Assembly (NCBI GenBank): GCA_001724265.1
Contig: MEDY01000014.1
Span: 183,288-203,287, forward strand
DNA length: 20,000 nucleotides
Reading direction: 5' to 3'
From: Rhizaria sp. SCN 62-66
Lineage: Eukaryota
Positions 1 through 12,041 of this stretch are shown one piece after another (the stretch's first letter is position 1; every line of letters begins with the position of its first letter). The notes under the pieces are model-generated. The model was not told the DNA's origin and made no database searches. It worked only from the letters and a program-made list of their open reading frames with translations. Both the position numbers and the translations under genes were made by a program.

Positions 1-1
1 C

Positions 2-2572
2 CACATCGGCAACCGAGCTCCTCTGCGGCTTCAGCAGAGAAGCTCGGATCGCCGGGTGCTTCAACGCCCAGTGAGATTCACCGGAGAGCACAGTCGCCAC
101 AGAGGCGATTCCTGCTTTGGTCTCGGTCGGATCGCGCGCGTCATCGTCGGCGGCTGAATACCACGTCTCGTCGCTCAGATGCTCGGTCGGAAGGCCGAAG
201 TACGTCGCAACGGCAGTCGCGGACTCCCGGTCATAGCGCGCGTCGCGCTCGCCCTGCGCAGACAGAGTTGCAGTCAGCGCGGCAGCGGCCTCGCGCAGCT
301 GGTCCACCAACGGCGCGTCGGGCTCCGAGGTGCAGTGCTCAGCCACAGCTTCTGGCAAGGCAGCACGGCGCGCCATCAGCAAGTGCCGCCGCTGCACCCA
401 ACTCAGACCGAGCTGTGCAAACATCGGCGCCATTGCGCGGGCCGCGAAGTCGGCCGCGTCACTGCGCGCGCTCCAATGCGCGTGGTCTGCGTTGCGCTGC
501 GCTTCGTCGCGGTCGACCTGCGCGAGCGCAGGGCCCGCGGGGCCGGCGTCAAAGCGCGCCCCCGGCACGCGCGCGTAGGGGTGGAGATCGACTAGCTCCG
601 CAGCGGCGGCGGCGGCGCCAAAGCGGGCGTCACGGTGCGGCAACAGCGAGAAGTTCGGGCACACGCGCGTGTCTTTCGCGTTGCATTCGCAGACGCGCAC
701 GGGAAACGGGATTTTCTGCTCGCTCGCGCGCAGACCGAGGCGCACAAGTTCTCGCAGCACAGGCGCGCTCGAGGCACCGCTGCCGGTGGTACAGTTGCTC
801 AGCGCCATCTTCTCCAAGTTCTGCACAGCTTTCTTGAGCCCATTCGCGAAAGACTTTGCAATCTTGACGCTCTTGGCGGCATTAACGCAGACGCCCGCAC
901 AGAGCGCATCACTTGCGGCGCGGGCAGTCGCCTCAACGCCTTTGTTGGCGTTCAGCGCGTGGAAGCCCGCGGCCACTGCGGCGGCCAATGCACTCTGCGG
1001 CGCATCCGGCAGCCTCTCCGTGCGCACCGCATTGACGGCCTGCGCCGCCAGCGCAACGTGCACAGCAGCGATGTCGCGCACTGCGCCCGCGCCACAGTGT
1101 CCCGCGGATCCGCAATGCTGGAGCACGTGATCCATGCGTGCGACTTCACGGAAGATGTCTGGGTCTGCACACCCCACAAGCTGCGCTTCCCAGCACCGCG
1201 CGACCGTCAGCTACACGTTGACCGCCGCCGCATACGCGATGCACCTAGGCCGCTGCAGCAGCGCGCGCACCCACGCGGCGCACGCACGCGGCGCGCCCGG
1301 CAAGAGCAAGCAATCGCTGGCGATGGGCGCGTCAAACACCCGCGCGAGCCAGTACGCCAGCGCAGGGTTGCGGCCCGCCAGCGCGGCGCGGATGACGCGG
1401 TCGCCGCGCGTGTAGCGCTCAAAGAACCCGGTGTCACGGCGGCTGCGCGCGCTGGCAGCGAGCACGAACGCGCGCGCGGACGCCGGGGCGCGCTCTGCCG
1501 CAGACTCTGGCTCGAGGATGTCGACGCCAGTCTTAGCGGAGTGCTCGCACACAGCCTCGAGCTCGGTCAGCGTGCGCGGACCAGTGCGCGGCGGCGCGAC
1601 AGCTGCGAGATCGGGCGGCGCTCGCTGGGAGAACGGGGTATCGTCATCCCACTCGACAGGCTGTGTAAAAAACGCGATTACGAGACGAACGCAGCCCTCG
1701 TTGCCGCCACGCACGGCTGCGCGGAGCAGGCGCGCGTGCGGTAAGTCGCTTTCAGCAACGTTGCTTGCCGTATCAGCGTCGCTGTCCTCCCCACCGCCAT
1801 CATCGTAACCTTCGCTGACGTCATCGTCCTCGGAGCCAGGGTGACTCCAGTACGCAAGCGGCTAGGCGGCCGCAGTCGCGTGTTCGTGCAGAAACCATTT
1901 GCGCGTCCGCTGCTTCGGGTCAATCAGATTGCCACGGGCAGTGAGCAGCAGCAGCAACTTGTCGTAGTCCCCCACGTCGGCCGCGCATTCGAGCGGCGTT
2001 GCGCCCGCCTCTGCGTCGGTGCCGTCCACATCGTCGTCGCAGGCGCGCGGCAGGAGCGCGCGCGCGGTGGCTTCGCGCTCGAGCGAGGCGTCGAGCATCT
2101 TGAGCAGGTCCTCTTCATCAACTTCTTCGACGAGCGCGGCAGCGCATAGGTAACGGCCACTGTGCGCAGCGGCGTAGTGCAGCGGCGTGGCGCCGTTACA
2201 GGTTGATGTCGGGAGCGCGCCGTGGCGGAGCAGCCAGCGCACGACGCGCGGAAGATCGAAACGCACCGCAGTGAAGAGAGGGGTTGAGCCGGAGGACGTG
2301 ACTTGCTCTCCGGTCCATGACCACAGGATCGAGGACGTCTCCACCCACCGGTGGATTTCGTTCGCGACCATGAATCGAGCATGCGTCTCGAGAATTTTGA
2401 GAATGACATCTTCGACATACTCGCCTTCAGCGCACTTCAGCTCCCCGCTCGAGTACTTTGCTTTGTAGTCATGGGAGCCGCGCAATGGATCAAGGCGAAG
2501 AACCTCGCGCAAGATGATGTCGTTGATATCACGAGGTTCAGAAAGATCCGAAAGCTCGTAGAGATACGACAT
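2..2572 (-). CDS. Ankyrin-repeat protein, at least 857 codons, 3' end outside the window. Contains two in-frame TAG codons (1862-1864, 1211-1213)
   Basis: Likely ATG at 2572-2570 (MSYLYELSDL...). Ankyrin motifs GSTPLFTAVRFDLPRVVRWLLRHGA, GATPLHYAAAH, GATPLECAADVGDYDKLLLLL and, after the first TAG, LLRAAVRGGNEGCVRLVI. Track ORFs 1862..2689 and 1211..1714 are in the same frame. Manual translation shows no other stop in this frame down to position 2. Confidence 0.85.
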
Positions 2573-3117
2573 CAATCTACGGCCTCCTGTTAACACGGGG
2601 TGGTTGGGAGTGTGTGTGGGTGAGTTGAGTTGCGTGCCAAAAGTCGCGATAGATAGGAGAGGTTTGTGATATCTTTTGGTTGTGATCACACTTTCACGAG
2701 AGTGAATCGAGAGGTACTAAAGAGAACTAGAGCACGTGCAAAAGAAAACAAAACCTTAAACAACGCGACAGTTTCGGTTTAACACCAATTACTTGACACT
2801 GACGATCAGACTATGTCATATCAAACATGAATGAGATTTCACTTGGTTCAGCGCTGCCAGTGGCCGAGCGAGACGCGTTAGCAAGAGAAGCCATCCTAAT
2901 TAAAAGCATCTTGCCGTGAGCTGATCGTCAAAAGCCTCCACATTTCACGACTAAACGGTTATAGCGTAAATATATATAATATCTTTATTACGAACGATTG
3001 AAACTCATCTAGCAGTGTCTATGACCTTGTCTTTGATACCGTGTACTTTCGCCACAACAGCTTGCTGCGCCACGGATTCTTCCTTTGCTGACGCGGACTA
3101 AGACATATCGTCCCCTT
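2573..3117. promoter_or_regulatory. Short divergent (head-to-head) intergenic/promoter region with a TATA-like tract at 2967-2980
   Basis: About 545 bp, more AT-rich, between the minus-strand ATG (2572) and the plus-strand ATG (3118). Contains taaatatatataat (2967-2980) and palindromic gcacgtgc (2732-2739). Confidence 0.45.
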
Positions 3118-5469
3118 ATGCGTCTTTTAACCGCATTTCTAGTGCTGGCTACTGCTGCCACCGCTCTATCAGCAGCGGCGCCGGCCGCCGTGTGCATCGG
3201 CAGCGGCGACACGCCCCAGGCTCCCAAGTCACAGCAACTTGGTTTCTGCCGCCAGCACCGCAAGTCGACGTGCTGCTCGGCCTCGAGTGAGCGCTCCGTG
3301 ATCAAGGCGGCCGAACCCTTTTTTGCCGAGTCCCGCGCCGTCCTGCTGTCTGCGCCGACGGACCCCGCGCTGCTGCCGCCGCTGGCGACGCTCTTCACGT
3401 CCCCCTTCCCCGCCACAGCCGCTCCTGACGCCCCCACCGAAGTCGAAGTGTTCCGGTACTCCATCCCCGCCGCGTGCCGCGCCTACGCGGCCTCGCTTCT
3501 CTGCGCACGCTGCTCAGCGGACGTCGGGACCGGCCGCGTCGCCGGCGTGTGCGTCCGCTCGTGCCAGCAGTGGCACGACGCCTGCGCAGACGTGCTGTTC
3601 CGCCCGGATCCCGACGTTCCCGGCGCACTCCTCCCCTGCGCCGAGCAGTCCTACGCTCGTCTCTCTGCCGCGAGCGCTGAATCTGCCGCCGACGCCGATG
3701 CCAGCGCGCCCGTGTTCATCCCTGTTGCGTCCGAGCAGGCCGCGCTCGAAGCCAAGGCTCTCGCGTCCGCGCTCACGATCGACGACACGCCCGCCGTGCG
3801 CGCCGCGCTGGCCGCCGCGCTGGCCGCCGCCGCGGGCTCCGCGCCCGCCGCGCCGCTTGTCTGCGCGCCGCTGCGCACCCTGGTGGCTACTGGCCCCGCG
3901 CTGTGCGCTGCGTACGGCGTCGAGGTCGCCGATCCGCTCGACTCTTCTGCCGACGAAAACGCCTTTGCACGCGCCGTGCTCGCGCTATACGCCGGCTACC
4001 GCGCGCTGCCGCCCGCGCTCCTGACGAGCGCGGCCGGCGACGCGCTACGTGCTGCCGCGCGCAGGGCCGTCGCCGGCGCTGATGTGAGCTCTCTCGACTC
4101 GGCGGCCGCCGCGCTGACAGCACCAGCCGCGGACGCGCTGCGTTTGACTCGCGAGGCCTTCGAAGGCCACCGGTGGGCGACTCGCAGCGCCAACGCCGTG
4201 ACGGGTGACGAGGCTGCGGCCCTGCTGCCCGCCGCCGGGCTACTTTCCTGGACGGCAGATGACTCTGCTGCTGACTCGGAGACCACAGGCCGGTTGATCG
4301 GTATGTCCGCTGAGTCAGCGAGTGCCGTGCTTGCCGTGTTGCGCCCCGCGCTCGCGCTGCCGCTGTTGCCACCGCTCGGCATCTCCGCCCCCGCTTCTAC
4401 GGCGCGCCCTGGCTCCTGGCTGCCGGTTGCCAGAGCGATTGGCGCCGCGGGGGCCGCCGCTTCTGCGAGCGGCGCCGCGCGGCACGGCTTGATCGTCAGC
4501 ACCACCGCAATGCTGCGCGACATCGCCGCCGTCAGCGAGGCCTTCAATGCTAATGCAGCGGTTTCTTCCGGCGGCGCGTGGGACTGGACGCTCCCGCGGC
4601 AGCAGCAGTGTTGGGACGCGGCGACCGCAGACTCCGCGCTGAATGACTGGCTCGTGGCGCGCGCACGCAACCCGGCCGTGCAGCCCGCGACGGCGCTGCT
4701 CTCCCTCGCCGGCTTTAAGTCCTACCAGGCGACCAAGGCCGTGCAAGCAGCGCAGGCCGCGGCGGCCGCACGCGAGAACGCGCCCCTGGAGCTGTCGTGG
4801 GATCTGTTCTCATGGCACGCGTTGTCCCGTGCGTTCACCCGCCTCTCGCGCACCGGGCTGCGGCAGGTCCGTGCGGGGGTGCAATACTCGAGCATTCTTC
4901 CGCGCTCCGTGCGCACCGCGCTGCTGGACGCGTTGCTGGGGCCCTGGCGTTTTGCCATCGCGAACGCGGCGACGGCGGCGTTCCTCGCGCTGCTGATGCT
5001 CTTCACAGTCATGGTCCTCCGCTCAATCTTCGGTTACATCGCGCGCAAGGCCAGTGCTGCTGCGGCCGCGGTCGCCGAGGCGCGCGCACCCTACGTGCCG
5101 CCCGTGCTGCTGAGCAGTGTCGCGACGGTGGCGGGCAATGTGCTGGGCGGCGACGATTCCCATAGTCCTGGGGCGCGGACTGCGGAGAGTCAGGCTGATG
5201 TCATGCGTGCTGCGCGCATGGCTTTCCTCGCCGCGCAACAGCGCGCTGCCGAGCCCGTGCCTGCTGCGCGTGAGGCTGCGCAGTCGCAGCAACAACAGGA
5301 ACCTGAGGCTCAAGAGCTGGGCTCTGCGCCAACGTACTTTGCAGTGCCTGAGCCTGTGAGTTCTGCTTCTGAGCCTGTAAGTTCTGGCTCTACTGTGGAC
5401 GCGGCTGAGGCCCCGGTGGCAGCGCCTGCGCAGTCAACTCATGAGAGCGCTTTGGGCGATGAGGAGTGA
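3118..5469 (+). CDS. Signal-peptide protein with a folate-receptor-like (Folate_rec / HHIP-N type) Cys-rich domain and a C-terminal-proximal transmembrane helix, 783 aa
   Basis: ATG at 3118 begins MRLLTAFLVLATAATALSA (signal peptide). Cys pattern VCIG...LGFCRQHRKSTCC...CRAYAASLLCARC...VCVRSCQQWHDAC...LLPC...LVCAPL...GPALC resembles plant/protist folate-receptor family proteins (recalled, not searched). Hydrophobic segment AATAAFLALLMLFTVMVLRSIFGYI. Ends at TGA 5467-5469. Confidence 0.75.
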   Translation: MRLLTAFLVLATAATALSAAAPAAVCIGSGDTPQAPKSQQLGFCRQHRKSTCCSASSERSVIKAAEPFFAESRAVLLSAPTDPALLPPLATLFTSPFPATAAPDAPTEVEVFRYSIPAACRAYAASLLCARCSADVGTGRVAGVCVRSCQQWHDACADVLFRPDPDVPGALLPCAEQSYARLSAASAESAADADASAPVFIPVASEQAALEAKALASALTIDDTPAVRAALAAALAAAAGSAPAAPLVCAPLRTLVATGPALCAAYGVEVADPLDSSADENAFARAVLALYAGYRALPPALLTSAAGDALRAAARRAVAGADVSSLDSAAAALTAPAADALRLTREAFEGHRWATRSANAVTGDEAAALLPAAGLLSWTADDSAADSETTGRLIGMSAESASAVLAVLRPALALPLLPPLGISAPASTARPGSWLPVARAIGAAGAAASASGAARHGLIVSTTAMLRDIAAVSEAFNANAAVSSGGAWDWTLPRQQQCWDAATADSALNDWLVARARNPAVQPATALLSLAGFKSYQATKAVQAAQAAAAARENAPLELSWDLFSWHALSRAFTRLSRTGLRQVRAGVQYSSILPRSVRTALLDALLGPWRFAIANAATAAFLALLMLFTVMVLRSIFGYIARKASAAAAAVAEARAPYVPPVLLSSVATVAGNVLGGDDSHSPGARTAESQADVMRAARMAFLAAQQRAAEPVPAAREAAQSQQQQEPEAQELGSAPTYFAVPEPVSSASEPVSSGSTVDAAEAPVAAPAQSTHESALGDEE
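5350..5391 (+). repeat. Imperfect 21-nt tandem duplication (EPVSSAS/EPVSSGS)
   Basis: gagcctgtgagttctgcttct followed by gagcctgtaagttctggctct. Confidence 0.7.
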
Positions 5470-6037
5470 GTACGGTGGGGAGTGATGACGGCTCTGTATA
5501 ACTAATATTGATCACTTCTGAGGTGGTCACCACACGGCCAGCACTATGTCACTGCGTGGCACTTTATCTTAAAAGACTATACAACGCACTATTATTATTG
5601 ATCAACATCTTGATTCTGACTTTTTTTGCCGAATAAATCTTGCAAAAAATGCAGTTCAAGTATTGATATCTCTATCGAGTCCACTTTTATCTCGAAATAT
5701 CTTAAAAAAAGTCATACTATCCGTTGGTTCAGCTGTGGACAGCGATTCCGAAAAAGGCGCCTCAGGTTTGCGTATGAAAGCAAAGGTGGTCTCGATGATA
5801 GACATTGTCGATTTATATTTAATAGCGCTGAACATAAATTAGCGTAACAATTATATATTATATTCTATTTGTGGCGCGTATACTGCCCCCTGTGATGCAG
5901 ATCTCGCGTTCGAGTTTCTCTCATTGCTTCAAAATGTTTGACTGGTCCTCTCATCCCATTTTCTCAGTGCTTGCGTGACAAAAGAAACGCTTGAGCTCAG
6001 GACCGGCGAAAGCAGACAGAGCCTGTTTTGTTGAGCC

Positions 6038-9000
6038 ATGTCCTCGTCCGGTGACTCCTCTGGGGGCGGATGCACCCACGATGTTGTGATCATGAGTCAC
6101 TGCGCGTTGTGCGGCATTAAGCTTGAGCAGCCCGCGCCGCCGCCGCGCGCCGCGACGTCCAACTCGGTTCCCCAGCAGGGCCCTGCGGGCTACACCGCTG
6201 TCGGCACAATGCAGGTCTCGGAGCGCGAGCTTCAACGGCGCCGCGATGAAACCACGCGCCGCCTGCTCACTTCGCGTCGCCTGCTGCTCATTCTCGACCT
6301 CGACGAGACGCTCATCTCGGCGTCGAACTCCCCGCGGCTCTTCGAAGCGCTGACGCTCGGCGACATGGCCCACGACGTGCACATCATCGAGCTTGCCGCC
6401 CCGCCGGTCGCGCCCCACACGGCGCCGCGACGAACTCGCTACGTAGTCCACGTCCGCCCCGGCGCGCGCGCGCTGCTGGAGAGTCTTCATGTCCGTTTCG
6501 ATATCGCCGTCTTCACCATGGGCGACCGGCCGTACGCGGACGCCATTGTGCGTCTGCTCGACCCCACGCGGCGCCTTATCCGTGCGGGCGTCATGTCGCG
6601 CACCGAGTCCGTCGAAGAGAAGAAGAGCCTCGACCTCCTCGTGCCCTGTGACCCGCGGCTCATGGTCGCTCTCGACGACAAAACTTCCGTCTGGCACAAA
6701 GACCAGAGCAACTTCTCCAACCACGTCATCCAAGTGCGGCCGTTCGACTACCGCGGCGCGTTTGAGGCGTACGCTGCATGGCTTGACTGGGCCGATAAAT
6801 CCACCCGCGCCGCGCAGGACCGTGTCGCAATCCCGGTTTCTGTCCCGCAGCCGCCGCCGTTGGGCGAGTACCTCGCTGCGCTGGCGCACCCTGCCGACAC
6901 GACGCTATTTGCCGCTGCTGAGGTCCTTACAGCGCTCCACGCAGTGTTTTACGCGTCCCCCGGACTCGATATGAGCCCCATCGCTCCCGCTGCTGCTCCT
7001 ACAGCGCAGAACCCAGTCTCAGTCCTGGCGCCATCTGAGGGCGCAAAGACCGAATCTGACTCTGCGACTGCGTTTTCAACTGCGGCTGCGACTAGAGCGT
7101 CTGCCGCGTCACTTGCGACGTCTCCTGCGGCGCCAACGGTCGTTTCGACCGTGGTTTCGCCTGTTGTGGCTTCTGTGCCGACTGCCCGTGCCCCGTTGTT
7201 GGACCGTGATATCTTCTTCTCAGCCGTTTGCCCTACCGCGCCCGTTTGCGGCCTCCCCGCCGGCGCCGCCCCCGCGCCCTTGCTCCGCGCCACTCTCTCC
7301 TGCTCGACTGGGTTTGCTGCCGACAATGAGCCCCCCGGCGGCGCTGGCATGAGGCTGCCCAGCGCGGTCCGCGTTGCCCGCGAGCGTGCGATGGATCTCG
7401 TGTCCAAGCTCCGCGCCGACATCCGCAAACACCGCAGCGAGTCTCGCTCTCTCGTTCCGCCCCCCGCTCTCCCCGGCGCCGCCCCCACATCCACTAAGGC
7501 CGCTGCCGCCGCTGTAGGCGTGGCGGTGCGCGGCGGCACGGCGGAGCTGACCACTGATCTGCGGCGCCGCCTCCAGTGGCGCCCCAACGCCGCATGCGAG
7601 CGCGCGCTCCGCGTGTTCCCGCTTGCCTGCGACGCCTACGCGCTGGGCGCGCTGCGGGAGCTTCAGGACGCCGGCGACCCCGCCGCGCCGGGCGCCGCCA
7701 CGCGCACGGGTCCCGCGCTGACGCTCGATGCGCTGACTGCGCTCAAACGCGCGCTCGTGTTTCCATCTGTCGCGCTCCCCGCGCTGCCGCCGATGCCGGA
7801 CCAAGACGCCGCTTCGACTGCGAGTACGAGCGCGAGCGCGAGTGCGGCAGAGACAGTGGTTCCGCAGCGGCTGATCGCGCCCGCGAGCGAGGCCCCCGCA
7901 CTGGCGTCCCACCAGTCTGTTCCGCTCATCCTCAGCGCACTGCGCAGCTCGGTGCTCGCGCCGAGTCGCCGGCCGCTGTCGCTGTGCGCCAGGCCCGACT
8001 GTGTGCGCGCCGCAGCGAGCCGGGCCGCGGCCGCCGAGCGCACGACGGCGTCTGCAGCGGCCTTGGCTGCGGCCACTGCTGCTGCTGCGGATGACGCGGA
8101 TGACGCGCCTGCGTCAGGCGCAACTGCAGCGGCTCCATCTTCTTCTTCTTCTTCTTCTTCTTCTGCTGCTGCTGCTGTTGCTGTGTCGCCTATGACGAAG
8201 ACTGAGACTGACACTGCGAGCGCGACTGGGACGTCGAACATTAAAAAGGCGGCCACGACCGCGACTACCGCGAGTTTTCTTACGAGTGATACCGCGAATA
8301 CGGCCCCGAGTACGACGGCGAGTGACACAAGTCCTGCGAGTGCCGCGACTTATGAGCCCGTGACCCCGCCTGCGACGCCAGTCAAGCCCGCCATGTCGGA
8401 TGCACAGCGGGCGGCCGCAGTGCGTGCGTGGGTCAACGCCGGCATTGCCGCCGCTGCCGCCAGCAGCAGCGCGGCGCCCGTCTCCGCACTGCTGCGCCCC
8501 ACCGCGGCTGCGCTGCGCCACGAGTGCCCGTACTGCGACGAAATCGCTCTGTGCGACCTCACCGAGGGCCTTCTCGCCCTCACGCTCAGCGGCAGCGCCG
8601 CGCCGGGCGCCTCCAACGCGCTCGCTGTTGTTTCCTCTCCGGCGCTGCTGGCCGCCACGCTGCGCGCGCGCAACCGCGCCCTGCGCGCGCGCCCGCGGCC
8701 GCACCCGCCGCTGGCGCTGCCGTCCCTGCGCGCCTCGGCCCGCAGCGCCGGGCTCGCCGGGTCAGAGCCGCGCCCCGGCGGCTCTGCGCTGACCGGGCTG
8801 CGGCTCGGCAGCGGCAGCATGGCCGTGGTGATCGCGCTCTCGGGGCTGCTCCCGCCGGGCCGCCCGCTGCAGCAGGACGCGCGGTACGTTACCGCGTACA
8901 ACCTCGGCGCCGAAGCCGTCAACACGCAGCAAGTCAACGTGGAGCCACCCGCCTCGCAGGCCCCGCCGTACGGTGCTGCGCAGACTGGGCTGCAGGGCCG

Positions 9001-11996
9001 CACAGTCGCCATCGCCCTCGCCGACACCGCTTCCTCCTCTTCTGCTTCTGCTGACTCAACAGCTGACTCATCAGCTGACAGTGATTCCGCTGAGACAGAC
9101 ACGCCGCCTCTGCGCAGCGCCGTGTTCGTGCAGATCGATCCTTTCGCACTGTCTTCCGGCCTCGCCGCCGCGAGCGGCTACGTGCGTGCTGCGCAGACCG
9201 CGCTCGTGACCACAGTCACCGCGGTCGCAGAGGCGCTTGCTATCAACACCGCGGCGGCGCGCGCGCTCGCAGCCGTCGGCGCCGCCCCGGGGGCACGCTG
9301 GACCCGCAGTCCGCTCGAGCCGCTCAGCGCCGCCGTCGCGGCCGCCCGCGCTGCGCTGCCCGCGACCGCCGCGGCTGACATCGCCAGGACTGCGGCCGCT
9401 GCAGCTGCGCCCGGCGGCGGATACTGGGCGATTCTGGCCCTGGGCCGGCCCGCCTTTGCGCCCCCGAGCGCGCCCGCCAGCGCCCCTCAGCAGGCGGGGC
9501 TGCACAAGTCCGCGCTGCCGCTGCCGCTGCCGCCCGCGCCGCTGGCGTCTTCTCTCGCGGCGCCGCTGCCGTTCCCCGGCGCCGTCCCGGCCGCAGGCGA
9601 GGCGTCCGCGTGGCGCTATCCGTGGCCGACGCACTTGCTGGGGCCCGACACCGCGACCGGCACGTCTGCCAAGCAGGCCGCCGCGGCCGCGCATAACGCG
9701 CTGGTGTTAGCGGCGTGGGACCGCGAGCGCGAGCGCCGTGTGCAGGCGCTATTCACGTCCTCTTCGTCCTCAACGGCGGATGACGCGGACGCGGACGCCG
9801 CTGAGATGCGGCTGCGCCCGCAGTTGCTGCGCGAACGCGTGGCGCTGGCGCAAACTGGGCTTTCCGCTGCGGCCAACACCGCATGGCAGCGCGCGCGTGT
9901 TGCGCGGACCCGCGAGCGCGCGGAGGCCCTCAAGGCCGCTGTTGCTGCCGAAGCCGCCGCCAATGAGCAGAGCGTTGGCGCGGCGTCGTCGGAGCAGGCG
10001 CGCAAACGGACTTTGCGCGCTATGATTTTCGAACGCACCGGTGTCAATGACTACAAGCCCGTGAAGCCTGCTGCCACCAACGCTGTGGATTCGGACATGT
10101 CTGATAAGCCGTTTAAGCCTTCCAAGCCCGTGCCTATTCCTGCCGAGTGGCCTGCGGGCCCCGCGCCCGCGCTGCCTGCTATGTTCCCTTCCATTGCGCT
10201 CCCGGTGCTGGCGCGCATGGTGCCTTACTCGCTGCTGCACATGCCGCCGCCGCCGGTCATCCGCATCGTCGCCGAGCGTTGGCTGGGCGCGTGCCGCGAG
10301 AGCTGGGCGCACGCCGACGAAACGCCCTTCGAGATCCTCCCTGTGCCGCCGTCCGCGCCGGACGGGGCGCACACCGCGCCCGAGTCCGTCTGCGCGCGCG
10401 CCGCCGAGGAGACCGCGAAGGAGGCCGCGTGGGAGCGTATCGCACACGAGTGGGCCGCGCTGCGTCCCGCGCCGACGGCGTCCGCTGTGCCTTCAGTGCG
10501 GTCGCGCGCGTGCCCCGCCCGGGACTCGCTCTGGGAGTACGGGCTCTGGCAGTTGCTGTGCTGGACGGCCTCGCTGCGCTTTAACTGGCTGCTCCGCTCC
10601 CTCGCGCTCGCACACAACCCTGAGGCGGGGTCCGCCACGGCGACCGCGGCGACACCGCCGGTTGACGGCGCGTCGCAGGTGAGTGCGACACTCGAAGCGT
10701 GCCTGTGGACGCGTGCGCCGCGTGCGCTGCCGTTTTTCACCGCGTTTATTCCGCCTCTGACGCCACCCTCCGGCGCCGCCGCGTCCGATATCCCTCTCGC
10801 ACTGCGCCTGCCTATTCAGCCGTTTATGCCGCGCTCTCGCAACACCGGCGCCCCGCGCGGCGACGCTGACCCGCTGTGGGTGCCACCGACGCTGGGCCTG
10901 GCGTTCCAGCCCGCCGCCGCCGTGGCGGCTTGCAAGCCTGCGCGCGATGCACTGATCAGGCTCGACGCCGTGGGCCGCTGCGTCCCCGGTACGGTCGCCG
11001 CGGCTTACACGCTGCCACGCGCGGGCGGCGACGTGGCCGCGGCGTGCGTCGGTCTCGCGCCTGGCGGGCCTCGCCGCGGCACGGCCGAGGCGCAGCGGGT
11101 GACGGCGCGCGCGGGGTCTTTTGCGCGCGCGATTCTCCGTGCAGAGCGTGATCACCTGCGCGCCGAGCGTCGCACCGCCAAACTCACCGCTAAGCCCACT
11201 ACCAAGTCCGTTGTTGATGCCGCTCCTGGTGATGCTGAGGCCGAGGAGAAAACCGATGGTGGTAGCAATGAGCCGCGTCTGCCGACTCTGGCCGAGGCGC
11301 TGGCGGCCAGGCGGCAGCGTCGCTTTGCCACGCTCACGGCGGGCATGCGCCGCGCGACACTGGCCCGCCGCGGCCTCGAAGGCGACTTTTCCACTAGCAG
11401 CGGCAACGGCGACGACGACAACGATGACGTCTGCGACACTGGCGTCGGCGCCGGCGCCGGGCCGCGTACTGTCGAGCTCACCGACGTCCCCGGCGGGTTG
11501 CACACTCGTGCTACTGGCCCCGGCTGGAGCAGCGCGCGTGCGCTCGCCGGCGCTGCGTACGACAAGCTTTTCCCCGTCGAGACGGCCCCCGCGGCGGAGG
11601 AGCTTGCGGAGAGCTTCCGCGACGCCGACACTGGAGCTGCTCTGCCGCGGGTCCCGGCCGGCGTGGCCAAGGTGCTGGTTCACGCGCGCGAGCTTGCGCG
11701 CGCATTTGCCCCGGCCCTGACCGCGACCGCGACCGTGAACGCGACCACTGCTGCAAGTTCCTCTGCCGAGACGAGTTCTCCGCCGAGCGACGACAACGCC
11801 GAGCCCGCGGTGGACGCTGTGGCCGAGTTCGCCCGCGCTGCGGGGCTGGCGGGCGCTGCTGAGGCCGCGCTGGCCGCATTCATCTGCGGCGTCAGCGGCG
11901 TCAACTCCGCGGTTGCTGCCGTGGGGTTTGATGCGCAGCGCGGGTGGCGCGGCCGGTCTCTGGTGGACTTGATGGTGTCTCTGGATGATGACGATA

Positions 11997-12041
<45 letters not shown>

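Noticed and set aside
5573-5582. aagactatac, resembling the 5' end of U3 snoRNA
   Set aside because: No following box A, B, C or D arrangement; likely chance.
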